From Blastocatellia bacterium (GTDB taxonomy: Bacteria; Acidobacteriota; Blastocatellia; Chloracidobacteriales; JADJPF01), in the NCBI GenBank assembly GCA_023265235.1, contig JAHFUF010000003.1, forward strand, positions 1-34,802: a stretch of DNA of 34,802 nucleotides, read 5' to 3'. Within the stretch, counting starts at the first letter, position 1. Each line of letters starts with the position of its first letter. Below the pieces are notes generated by a model. That model was not told the origin of the DNA, ran no database searches, and was given only the letters and a program-made list of their open reading frames with translations. Made by a program: the position numbers and the translations under genes. This document shows positions 15,195 to 24,313 of this stretch, in pieces.

Positions 15195-17720
15195 ATGACA
15201 AACACAATAGTAGAAAGAGAAAAATATTTACTGGAAACACAACTTAACCAACAAAATGGTAATGAAACTTGGCTAGGTAAAGATAAAGCTATTGATGGGC
15301 AACATCTAGTAATTAGATTACTTTCTCCTTCTATAAAAGAAGACTATCTTACCCAAATTGCTGATGACTGGCAAAAATTGGAAACCCATAACAATTTGTT
15401 GTTAATGAAAGTAGAAAAAAATAGTGATAAAACTGTTGTTGTTAGAGATTATGCTGGTATATCACTAACAGAATGGTTAAAAGAAAATAGTCGTTCTGCC
15501 CCATCAATAGAATTAGCCATAAAAATAGTTACAGGTATTATTTCGGCTATTGAACAATTGCATTTGCAAGGAATAATTCATGGTCATTTAACGCCTAACA
15601 ATATAATGATGTGTGATGATGTTGCAAAGGTAGTAGATTTTGGGTTAGCTAAACTATTAGAAAATAACCTTGCTATGGATAATAGTAAATATTATGTTGC
15701 ACCCGAAGCACTAAAAGGAGAGTTTTTAGTACAGTCAGATATTTGGTCAATAGGAGCAATACTTTATAAATTATTAAGAGGCTATGCTCCTATTACTTCT
15801 CCAGATAAAGCTATTACTAAAAATCAGATAGATTTAGTTTGGGCAATAAAACAAAATAATCCTGATGGTTTGCATGTTGCAATCCCACGACCATTAGGAA
15901 AAATTATTGTTAAGGCATTGCAACCAATTGTAAAAGATCGTTATGAATCCATTGTGATAATGAAAGAAGCTTGGGGAAAGGCTTTAGGAGAACTACAAGA
16001 GTTAAACGAGCAACAATCTTATACTAGGCAGTTAGTTAGAGCTTTTACCAACCAAACTGGAATAGAGTTTGTGTTGATTCCATCAGGAAGTTTTTTAATG
16101 GGAGATAGACATCCTATAACTATTAATAAACCTTTTTACTTAGCTAAATACTTAACTACACAAACACAATGGAAGACTGTAATGGGTTACAATAACAGCA
16201 CTTTTGCTGGGGCTGATTTGCCAGTGGAAGAAGTTTCTTGGCAGGATGCACAAGAGTTTATTAAACAGTTGAATCAATTAAATGATGGATACCATTATCA
16301 ATTACCAAGTGAAGCGCAATGGGAATATGCCTGTCTTAGTGGTAGTGGTGAGAAAGGTGATAATAACCTAACAGATAATATAGATAATATTTGGTGTAAT
16401 GAAAATGCTGGTAGTACCACTCATAATGTAGGAATGAAAAAAGCAAATGATTTTGGGTTACATGATATGTGTGGAAACGTGTGGGAATGGTGTCAAGACC
16501 AATATATGCCAAAATATGAACATATCCCTAATAATGGTAATGCTTGGCAAGATGTAAATAATATTAATCTTGATAGTGGAGTAGTTGAAAGAGTAATTCG
16601 AGGTGGATCTTGGGATGATGATAAAAGTTACTGTTCTGCTAAATGGCGTAGCAGTGAAAAAGCACATCGTCGTAATAGCTTAATTGGGCTTAGAGTTGCT
16701 GCTTTACCACTATCAACAGCACCAATCGCAGAAATAGCACAAAATAACAATCAACCTGTTAATTTAGCAGAAAAAAATATAGTAGAGGTAAATGAATTAG
16801 CTGCTAATAAAAGAAGTAAATATACTACTAATCCTCTAGTAGGCAAGAAAAGTAAGCTTACAGCATTAATTCTTGGAAAAGGTAAAGTAATAGTAAGCCT
16901 GTTGATTTTTTGTCTTATGGTTGTAGCAGGATTAGCCCTATTTGAAAAAAATCAAAACAAGCCAGTAAATAACTTTGAAAACTCTATTGGGATTAAATTT
17001 GTTTTAGTTCCTACTGGTGATTTTATAATGGGTACAGATAATGGTAAAAATGATGAAAAACCTATTCATAAAGTGGTCATAGATAAACCTTTTTATTTGG
17101 GACAATATGAAATCACTCAAGCAGAATGGCAAAAAGTGATAAAAAATAATCCTAGTAAGTTTAAAGGTGAAAACTTACCTGTAGAACAAGTTTCTTGGCT
17201 AGAAGCACAAGACTTTATTAAAAAACTAAATTCGCTTAATGATGGATATTTTTACCGATTACCAAGTGAAGCAGAATGGGAATATGCTGCACAGTTAGAT
17301 AACAATATAACAGCTAGTAATGCTAATAAATTAATCTGGTCGTCCAATAATTCAGGAGATTCATTGTTAAATGCAGAAGAAATTTTGCAAAAAGATAATA
17401 ATAATTATGCTAAAAAAATTCTTGATAATAATTGTAAAACTCATGTAGTTGGGCAAAAAAAACCTAACAAATTAGGCATATATGATATGCAAGGAAATGT
17501 TTGGGAATTATGCCAAGATCAGTATCACACTGACTATAATAATGCTCCAAGTGATGGCAGTGTGTGGGAAAAAGGAACTGAGCTAAGACGCGTAGCTAGG
17601 GGAGGATCTTGGAGCTATCCACCAAGTTATTGTAGTAAGACTAATCGCCTTTCTGTTGATGAAAATAAAAAATTTAATAGCGTAGGTTTACGTGTTGTAG
17701 CTGTAATAGTAAATAAATAG
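15195..17720 (+). CDS. predicted pseudokinase fused to two non-diversified FGE/C-type-lectin-like domains separated by one transmembrane helix
   Basis: The kinase fold is recognisable (VVDFGLAK, YVAPEAL, DIWSIGAILYKLL). However the catalytic loop reads HGHLTPNN instead of HRDLKPxN, the VAIK Lys is Arg (LVIRLL), and there is no GxGxxG loop. FGE domain 1 spans about aa 290-505, the TM helix is VIVSLLIFCLMVVAGLALF, and FGE domain 2 spans about aa 600-838 (both contain LPSEAxWEYA and GNVWEW). Confidence 0.8.
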   Translation: MTNTIVEREKYLLETQLNQQNGNETWLGKDKAIDGQHLVIRLLSPSIKEDYLTQIADDWQKLETHNNLLLMKVEKNSDKTVVVRDYAGISLTEWLKENSRSAPSIELAIKIVTGIISAIEQLHLQGIIHGHLTPNNIMMCDDVAKVVDFGLAKLLENNLAMDNSKYYVAPEALKGEFLVQSDIWSIGAILYKLLRGYAPITSPDKAITKNQIDLVWAIKQNNPDGLHVAIPRPLGKIIVKALQPIVKDRYESIVIMKEAWGKALGELQELNEQQSYTRQLVRAFTNQTGIEFVLIPSGSFLMGDRHPITINKPFYLAKYLTTQTQWKTVMGYNNSTFAGADLPVEEVSWQDAQEFIKQLNQLNDGYHYQLPSEAQWEYACLSGSGEKGDNNLTDNIDNIWCNENAGSTTHNVGMKKANDFGLHDMCGNVWEWCQDQYMPKYEHIPNNGNAWQDVNNINLDSGVVERVIRGGSWDDDKSYCSAKWRSSEKAHRRNSLIGLRVAALPLSTAPIAEIAQNNNQPVNLAEKNIVEVNELAANKRSKYTTNPLVGKKSKLTALILGKGKVIVSLLIFCLMVVAGLALFEKNQNKPVNNFENSIGIKFVLVPTGDFIMGTDNGKNDEKPIHKVVIDKPFYLGQYEITQAEWQKVIKNNPSKFKGENLPVEQVSWLEAQDFIKKLNSLNDGYFYRLPSEAEWEYAAQLDNNITASNANKLIWSSNNSGDSLLNAEEILQKDNNNYAKKILDNNCKTHVVGQKKPNKLGIYDMQGNVWELCQDQYHTDYNNAPSDGSVWEKGTELRRVARGGSWSYPPSYCSKTNRLSVDENKKFNSVGLRVVAVIVNK

Positions 17721-17818
17721 GTGCTGAGCTATAAGTTTTCAGACATTTAGAAATTATATCAAAAACTCTAACTTGTTTATTTTCAATTCTTTTGCCCCAT
17801 TAGGGGCAATTAGTAATA

Positions 17819-17840
17819 GCCCTGAGATTTATCTCTGGGC
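17819..17840. repeat. hairpin element gccctgagatttatctctgggc (copy 1), terminator- or REP-like
   Basis: It lies downstream of the 15195-17720 stop and is preceded by a second hairpin, gcccc-atta-ggggc (17794-17807). A ~40-nt homologous element occurs at 30648-30685. Confidence 0.45.
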
Positions 17841-17880
17841 ATTCTGGGCTTAAGTTTAATTAATTAACAATAAATATTTT

Positions 17881-19557
17881 ATGACTGAAAATACATTAGT
17901 AGGCAAAACTCTAGATAATCTATACAAAATAGAAGCATTAATTGGGCAAGGTGGAATGGGAGATGTGTATAAAGCTACACATATAATCTTAGGTGATTTA
18001 GTAGCTATAAAGGTAATGCCACCTGATAAAAATAGTACTATAGAAGATAAAAAGCGGTTTTTAAGGGAAGGAAAAGCAGCAAGAAAGTTTAACCACACTA
18101 ATGCTATTACTGTACATGATTTAAGAGAATCTAATGATGGCATTGCTTATATGGTTATGGAATACGTCGAAGGGCGTAATTTAAGAGAAGAAATGAATGA
18201 AAAAAAATGTTTTTCAATTGAAGAAACATTATCAATAATTGAACCAGTGGCCAGCGCATTAAGTGAAGCACACGCGATGGGAGTAGTACACCGAGATATT
18301 AAACCAGAAAATATTATGATTGGTCGTGTAGGCGATAAAACAATAATTAAACTGCTAGATTTAGGGGTTGCTAAACTTATTGATGAAAAAACAATTTTAA
18401 CCATAGAAGGACAACAGTTAGGGACTCCTTATTATATGTCTCCTGAGCAATGGGGAATGGTATCACAAGCAGATCCAGATAAAATATTAGAAGTAGATGG
18501 CAGGTCAGATATTTATAGTTTAGCGGTAATAATCTATGAAATGGTTACAGGGCAAAGACCATTTACAGGAAAAACATTACAAGAATTAGCCATACAACAT
18601 ATTACTGCTACACCAATTTCCATAGACAAATTAAACCCAACTGTACCAATAAGGTTTAGTCAAGTAGTAGCTCAAGCAATGGCTAAAGAGCCAAAAGATA
18701 GACCTACTGATTGCCAAGAATTAATTACAGGATTACATAATGGAGTGAGTTTACAAGAACCTAATCTTTTAGTGACAGAAAAAAATATAGTAATTGATAC
18801 TAATTCAGAGAATTACAACGGTCAAAAGTTAGATGTTAAAGTTAAAAACACAAATGATAAATACTTAATAGCTGGTTTAGCAACAATTGGAGTATTAGTA
18901 TTGTTGGGATTAGGCTTATATACTTGGCAAAATACTTTACAGTCTGTTGAAGTACCAAACTTAAATGTGATAACGCCTTTACCTACTGTCCTGTCAACAC
19001 CAATAGTTAACAGTAAAGAAAATACAGAAATAATGGGTTATTGGGTAAAAGTGGTAGCAAAAGATGGTACAGTTTTACGCAAGGCAAAGGATATTATCTT
19101 AAGCAATGAGGAAAAAATACAATTACATTTTAATAGTAGACAAATAGGTTATTTGTATTTGATTATCACAGGCCGTGATAGTAACTTAACCACAATACTA
19201 ACGAGCAAACCTATAGTACAAACAGGGATAGACAGTAATTTAATATCAGAGGGTGAAGATTTTGCCTTTCCTAATAGCAAACAATTAATAAAAATGGGCG
19301 GAAATAGCACTAATGACAAAGTTATAGTAATATTTGCTCCTTTGCCAATAAAAACCTTGCCTTTTTTAGACAAAACCGCAGGGTATACTTTAAATGAGCA
19401 AGAACAATCATTGTTAGCTAATTTACGTGCAAAGTCAGTTACTAATAAATTTGTGCTAAAGACAGAAAATGATATTGAGATGGCAGTTAGTACTAAAGAA
19501 CAATTAAAAGACGATGAGTGTTTAGTTTTTGATATTGATATTGCACACAACAATTAA
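17881..19557 (+). CDS. Ser/Thr protein kinase (Hanks type) with a TM helix and an extracytoplasmic DUF4384-like domain
   Basis: GQGGMGDVYKA, VAIKVM, HRDIKPENIM, DLGVAK and YYMSPEQW are all present. The TM helix is YLIAGLATIGVLVLLGLGLYTW. C-terminal EKIQLHFNSRQIGYLYLIITGRDSN matches the DUF4384 pattern. Confidence 0.9.
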   Translation: MTENTLVGKTLDNLYKIEALIGQGGMGDVYKATHIILGDLVAIKVMPPDKNSTIEDKKRFLREGKAARKFNHTNAITVHDLRESNDGIAYMVMEYVEGRNLREEMNEKKCFSIEETLSIIEPVASALSEAHAMGVVHRDIKPENIMIGRVGDKTIIKLLDLGVAKLIDEKTILTIEGQQLGTPYYMSPEQWGMVSQADPDKILEVDGRSDIYSLAVIIYEMVTGQRPFTGKTLQELAIQHITATPISIDKLNPTVPIRFSQVVAQAMAKEPKDRPTDCQELITGLHNGVSLQEPNLLVTEKNIVIDTNSENYNGQKLDVKVKNTNDKYLIAGLATIGVLVLLGLGLYTWQNTLQSVEVPNLNVITPLPTVLSTPIVNSKENTEIMGYWVKVVAKDGTVLRKAKDIILSNEEKIQLHFNSRQIGYLYLIITGRDSNLTTILTSKPIVQTGIDSNLISEGEDFAFPNSKQLIKMGGNSTNDKVIVIFAPLPIKTLPFLDKTAGYTLNEQEQSLLANLRAKSVTNKFVLKTENDIEMAVSTKEQLKDDECLVFDIDIAHNN

Positions 19558-19573
19558 AGGGGCTTGATAAAAA

Positions 19574-21889
19574 ATGAGAAAAGCTTTGTTAACGCTAACA
19601 TTAGTGGCAATAGCCAGTACTTTATTCTTGCCAGTAGCATTTATGCACCCAACCCAAAATTTACCTCAACGTTCACAAAAAGTAGTAATTAATGTGGAAA
19701 ATGGTGAGCAAATAGATCTTTATCAAGCAAGTTATGCATTAATTATAGGAGCAAGCGATTACACCAAAGGGTGGAAACGGCTTCCTGGAGTCAAAAAAGA
19801 TCTTGAAGAGATAGAAAAAGTCTTAAGAAAACAAGGGTTTGAAGTAGAGGTGCTGTTAAATCCTACTCGTAGCAGTTTTGATGAGAGGATGAGAAAGTTT
19901 ATTAGTAAATATGGCCGTTTAGCAAATAACCGCTTAGTGATTTATTTTGCAGGCCATGGAGAAACATTAAAAACCGCAGATGGTAGAAAACAAGGTTATT
20001 TAGTTCCAGTAGATGCTCCTACACCAAACAAAGATGAAGCAGGATTTAAAGAATTGGCAATCAACATGAGGTTAATCGAAAACTATGCAACAGATATAGA
20101 AGCAAAACATGCAATGTTTGTGTTTGATAGTTGTTTTTCAGGAACTTTGTTTAGAGGCAATGAAGGAAGACCACCTGCAATGAGCAGCAAAGCAGCTAAA
20201 CCTGTAAGACAATTTATTACTGCTGGAGATGAGAATCAGACTGTACCAGATGAAAGTATTTTTAGGCAAATGTTTGTACGTGGATTAGATGGAGAAGCAG
20301 ACCAAGATGGTGATGGGTATGTAACAGGTAGTGAGTTAGGCTATTTCTTGGAAACTAGGGTAGCTAATTATTCTAACAATTCACAAACACCACGTACAGG
20401 TAAAATGCGTAATCCTGATTTAGACCAAGGCGATCTTGTGTTTGCATTGCCAAATACAAAGTTAGTAGGAGCAACGAAACCAAAGCCCAAAATAGAGATA
20501 GAAAGAGAAGTACCGCTAGGAACGCTAATAATAATAGCAAACCGTAAAGATATGGAAATATTATTAGATAAGGAAGTGGTAGCAAAATCAAAAGCAGCAG
20601 GAGAGAAAATAACAATTAAAAATGTAGAAGCAGATAGATTAATAGAAGTAGTAGGACGAGTAAAAGGGGAAACAGATGTAGTAGAAGAAATAGAGCTAGT
20701 ACCAGGAGGAAGAAAAGAAGTAAGCTTAGGTGAATCAGTCGTTGGTAGCGATCTTAATGAGAACTCTACTACAAATGGTAGTTCTACGTCATTACCTAGT
20801 ACAGCAACTACAAACAAAAAAGATGTAAAAATTGGTACAACTCTTAAACTATCAATGGATACCTACTTGAGTTCACTAACAGCTAAAATAGGAGATCCTT
20901 TTACAGCAACGGTTTTTGAAGATGTTTGGATTAGTCAGGAAATCGCTATTGCAAGAGGAACAAAAGTTGAAGGAAAAGTGGTTTCTGTAAATGCTGCAAA
21001 ACGAAAAAAACAATCAGGTATGTTAGGTATTGGTTTTGATAAGTTGCGTTTGCCCAATGGTCAAGTTATTTCTGTTGAAGGACATCTTGCTAGTTTAAAT
21101 GCTATAGAACAAAAGCAAATAGATGAAGAAAATCGTACTCCTAGTAGTTCTTTAACTAAACGAAATGTAGTTTTTATTGGTGGTGGTAGTGCTAGTGGTG
21201 CTGTAATTGGTGCTATTGGTGGTAGTGCAATAACAGGAGCTTTGCGGGGAATTTTATCCAAAGGCGAAGAAGCGCAAGTAATGAGTGGCCAAAAATTCGG
21301 CATGGAAATCTTACGCCCAATAACTCTCGCAGATGCCAAGACTAACTCAACTAATCCTCCCAGTGAAGGTTATCGTAGTCGTTCTGTTAACTTAAAATCT
21401 ATAGGTTTACTGAAACGTGCTCAAAAATCATTGTTAGATCTAAATTATTATAAAGGCCCTCTTAATGGTGTTGATGGCCCTAGCACTCGTACTGCTGTTC
21501 GTGCTTTTCAACGCGATTATGATTTAGGCCAAACAGGAGAGTTAGATTTAGATACCGCTTATCAACTGGGTTTAGTTAATGAAGATGGTGTTGAGATTTT
21601 GCCAGTTCGCATACTAAGTGCTACTGCTGATCGTCAAAATAATAGTATTATTGTAAAAGCCATGGTTGAAGCTAGCTCCGGAGGGTGGCAAATCTACACT
21701 AGTACTCAAACTGATGGCGATCAATTGCATGTTTATGTTACTGGTGCACCTCCTTATGATGGTAGAACACAAACCTTAACTCGTTATCCTGTTAATACTC
21801 CTCCCGTTCGTGATGATAGTTTTATTACTAAAGTTGTTATTCACGGCAATGGTAATCCTATAACTGTTTTTTTGGCGAAAAAACTTTAG
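19574..21889 (+). CDS. exported caspase-like peptidase + PEGA-like domain + Gly-rich segment + peptidoglycan-binding (PG_binding_1-like) domain
   Basis: Caspase His in VIYFAGHGE and Cys in MFVFDSCFSGT. The central segment TKPKPKIEIEREVPLGTLIIIANRKDMEILLDKEVVAKSKAAGEKITIKN is almost identical to that of 27272-29356. The C-terminal LLKRAQKSLLDLNYYKGPLNGVDGPSTRTAVRAFQRDYDLGQTGELD is a PG-binding repeat pattern. There is no FGE domain and no VR. Confidence 0.85.
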   Translation: MRKALLTLTLVAIASTLFLPVAFMHPTQNLPQRSQKVVINVENGEQIDLYQASYALIIGASDYTKGWKRLPGVKKDLEEIEKVLRKQGFEVEVLLNPTRSSFDERMRKFISKYGRLANNRLVIYFAGHGETLKTADGRKQGYLVPVDAPTPNKDEAGFKELAINMRLIENYATDIEAKHAMFVFDSCFSGTLFRGNEGRPPAMSSKAAKPVRQFITAGDENQTVPDESIFRQMFVRGLDGEADQDGDGYVTGSELGYFLETRVANYSNNSQTPRTGKMRNPDLDQGDLVFALPNTKLVGATKPKPKIEIEREVPLGTLIIIANRKDMEILLDKEVVAKSKAAGEKITIKNVEADRLIEVVGRVKGETDVVEEIELVPGGRKEVSLGESVVGSDLNENSTTNGSSTSLPSTATTNKKDVKIGTTLKLSMDTYLSSLTAKIGDPFTATVFEDVWISQEIAIARGTKVEGKVVSVNAAKRKKQSGMLGIGFDKLRLPNGQVISVEGHLASLNAIEQKQIDEENRTPSSSLTKRNVVFIGGGSASGAVIGAIGGSAITGALRGILSKGEEAQVMSGQKFGMEILRPITLADAKTNSTNPPSEGYRSRSVNLKSIGLLKRAQKSLLDLNYYKGPLNGVDGPSTRTAVRAFQRDYDLGQTGELDLDTAYQLGLVNEDGVEILPVRILSATADRQNNSIIVKAMVEASSGGWQIYTSTQTDGDQLHVYVTGAPPYDGRTQTLTRYPVNTPPVRDDSFITKVVIHGNGNPITVFLAKKL

Positions 21890-22026
21890 AGAACTATTGG
21901 TTTTTGATCTTTCGCCATATTAACCTTGCACAAAGTTACTAGTTTCTGGAAAAAATATGTAATCTTTAATGACTCAAGGCTACAAACAATATATAAGGAC
22001 GCAAATATTGTTTCTGTAGGCTGAGT

Positions 22027-23547
22027 ATGAAAACAAAACAAATTATTAAGTATTGTCAAGCTGTTAGTATAGTATTTTTAGCAATCTGGTCATTGTTTAT
22101 CGAACCATCTGTTAACCTATTTCTGCAAGAAGCAAAAGCTTTACAACTACCTGCACAAAAAGCATATGGACTTAATACTAAATGGGGATTTTTAGTAAGT
22201 GTCAATCTATATCAGTACATGAAATCAGACAACCAACTTACAGGTTGTGTTAATGATGTTAAGGATTTTGAAGATGTACTAGTAAATTTGTATGATTTTT
22301 CACCTAATAACATTGGAAAATTAATCAATAGCGAAGCTACACGCGATAACATCCTTGGTTATTTGCGACGTATGGCTAACACCGTAAAAGATGGAGATTT
22401 ATTTACTTTCTATTTTTCTGGACATGGTACGTTGTTTCCTGACAGAAACTCTTTAGAACAAGATGAGGAAACTATCATTTCTCCAAAATGCAGCAAACCT
22501 CCTCACTGTTTTGAGCCAGACACTTATGATTCTGCTCTTTGTCCTACAGACACTTGTTCTAAAACAGATAATTGTTCTTCTACTAACAAGAAACCTTGGA
22601 AAAACTTAATTTTAGATGATGAATTATTTGAAATATTTTCTCAGTTTACTAGCAAGGGATGTCTAGTCATTTTTATCACTGATAGTTGCCATTCTGGTAC
22701 TATTGGACGTGGTGCTAGAGGTAACTATGAGCCTAGTTTTACTAGTAATACAGTGAGTGAACAGGCAAAATTTTTACCCCTAGATGTATTGTTAGAAAAA
22801 TCATGGTTGCAACAACCAGAAAGTGAAGCGACTAAACCCCCAAAACCTGCTATTGCTCGTGATATGAAAGGACTCTATTTAGTAATTTCATCATCTCAAG
22901 ATTATCAGTCTTCTTATGAAACTGATTTTAGTGGGATAAAAAGAGGGGCATTTACTAGTAGTTTAACAAGTGTTATTAGGCACAAAGGCAAAACTGTTAG
23001 TTATCAAGAGCTTTTTCAAACTGTAGAACAAGGTTTTGCATTAAACAAAAAAAATGAGCTAGGACAACAACCTAGTTTATCTAGTAAATATTGCAAAGAA
23101 AGTTTGTTAGATAGACCACTATTTTCATTTCCTAATGATAAAGAGCTTAAAGTAGCTGTAAAAGTAGTAGATAAAGAAGATGAACCATTAGCAAATAGTT
23201 ATTTTGTAATACTAAAACCTGGAATTAAACCTCAAGCTAACATTACTAAAAAAGACACAATAATTATTGCAAAAACAGATGAAAAAGGAATTTTTAATTC
23301 TAATCAAAAGGTTATGTTCCCAGGAAAATATTGGGTAAAAGTAGTGCGAAAAGGGTTCAAGCCTTATGTTAAAGAAGCAGAAGTTAAAGCTGGTTCTAGA
23401 GCAGATACAGCAGTTTTCAAGTTTGAACTGGCTTTAGATGAAGATATAAATAGTAATAAAACAAGGAGTAATAATTATGAAAACGAAAATTTTAATGATG
23501 AAGAATTTTTTGAATTACAACTCGATGAGCAAGAAGATAATGAGTAA
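22027..23547 (+). CDS. membrane-anchored or exported caspase-like peptidase with a Cys-rich insert and a C-terminal carboxypeptidase-regulatory-like beta domain
   Basis: His in FTFYFSGHGT and Cys in IFITDSCHSGT. The insert is CSKPPHCFEPDTYDSALCPTDTCSKTDNCSS. The C-terminus has LKVAVKVVDKEDEPL...GKYWVKVVRKGFKPYV. Confidence 0.8.
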   Translation: MKTKQIIKYCQAVSIVFLAIWSLFIEPSVNLFLQEAKALQLPAQKAYGLNTKWGFLVSVNLYQYMKSDNQLTGCVNDVKDFEDVLVNLYDFSPNNIGKLINSEATRDNILGYLRRMANTVKDGDLFTFYFSGHGTLFPDRNSLEQDEETIISPKCSKPPHCFEPDTYDSALCPTDTCSKTDNCSSTNKKPWKNLILDDELFEIFSQFTSKGCLVIFITDSCHSGTIGRGARGNYEPSFTSNTVSEQAKFLPLDVLLEKSWLQQPESEATKPPKPAIARDMKGLYLVISSSQDYQSSYETDFSGIKRGAFTSSLTSVIRHKGKTVSYQELFQTVEQGFALNKKNELGQQPSLSSKYCKESLLDRPLFSFPNDKELKVAVKVVDKEDEPLANSYFVILKPGIKPQANITKKDTIIIAKTDEKGIFNSNQKVMFPGKYWVKVVRKGFKPYVKEAEVKAGSRADTAVFKFELALDEDINSNKTRSNNYENENFNDEEFFELQLDEQEDNE

Positions 23548-24301
23548 AACAATACTATCAATAACAATAATATTAATAGTATGTTCAGTAGGAATTAGTC
23601 AAATTAAACCGCGTAAAGTTAAACAACAATCTGAGACTGTGTTACCTACTGCTACTAATGTTGAAACTGTAGTAAGTGACCCGATAGTTGAGGATCAAGC
23701 AAGAGAACTGTTTTTTGTATCTGATAAAAAAGGACAAGGACGCAATATAGGGATGCAAGTCAAAGTCTATCAAATGCTAGGAAACTGTGATTTTTCTGTA
23801 GTGTCACCTTACAAACAGTTTGCTAGTGGGGATCGCATCCGATTTAGTATCGAGACAAATATAGATGGCTATGTGTATGTGATAGGGCAAGGAACTTCAG
23901 GTAAAGCTAGATTGCTCTATCCATTACCACAAATTAATAAAGGTAATAATTTTATTCGTCGAGGAGCAGAATTAATAGTACCAGGTACTGATTGGTTTCG
24001 TTTTGACAATCGCGCTGGCGTAGAGGAAGTGAAAGTAGTGGTGTCCAAAAATAAGCTTGATTTATTGAGACACTTAATGCCTAGAGTTGGAGGAGAGCAA
24101 GTAGTAGCAAAAGATGTAGAAGCAGATATCTTGACACTAATACAAGACCAAAATGAAAGTAAGGACTTTATTTTCACAAAAGAAGGATTTGAAGACACAA
24201 CTTCAACAGAAGCCAAAGATATTATTTATCAACCGCTATATGCTGTTAATCGAGAACGAGGCAGCTATACAGTTTTAACTCTTAAACTTAGACATCGTTA
24301 A
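23525..24301 (+). CDS. exported DUF4384-like protein
   Basis: I prefer the ATG at 23525 (or 23540) because MSKKIMSKTILSITIILIVCSVGISQ reads as a signal peptide. The track start at 23477 would overlap the upstream gene by 71 nt. DUF4384 pattern: FASGDRIRFSIETNIDGYVYVIGQGTSGKARLLYPL. Confidence 0.7.
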   Translation: MSKKIMSKTILSITIILIVCSVGISQIKPRKVKQQSETVLPTATNVETVVSDPIVEDQARELFFVSDKKGQGRNIGMQVKVYQMLGNCDFSVVSPYKQFASGDRIRFSIETNIDGYVYVIGQGTSGKARLLYPLPQINKGNNFIRRGAELIVPGTDWFRFDNRAGVEEVKVVVSKNKLDLLRHLMPRVGGEQVVAKDVEADILTLIQDQNESKDFIFTKEGFEDTTSTEAKDIIYQPLYAVNRERGSYTVLTLKLRHR

Positions 24302-24313
24302 GGAGATTAGAAG

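Noticed and set aside
23477-23524. The upstream ATG at 23477 as the start of the first DUF4384 gene
   Set aside because: It would overlap the preceding gene by 71 nt and add a non-signal-like 16-aa extension. The ATGs at 23525 and 23540 give a clean signal peptide. Not proven either way.
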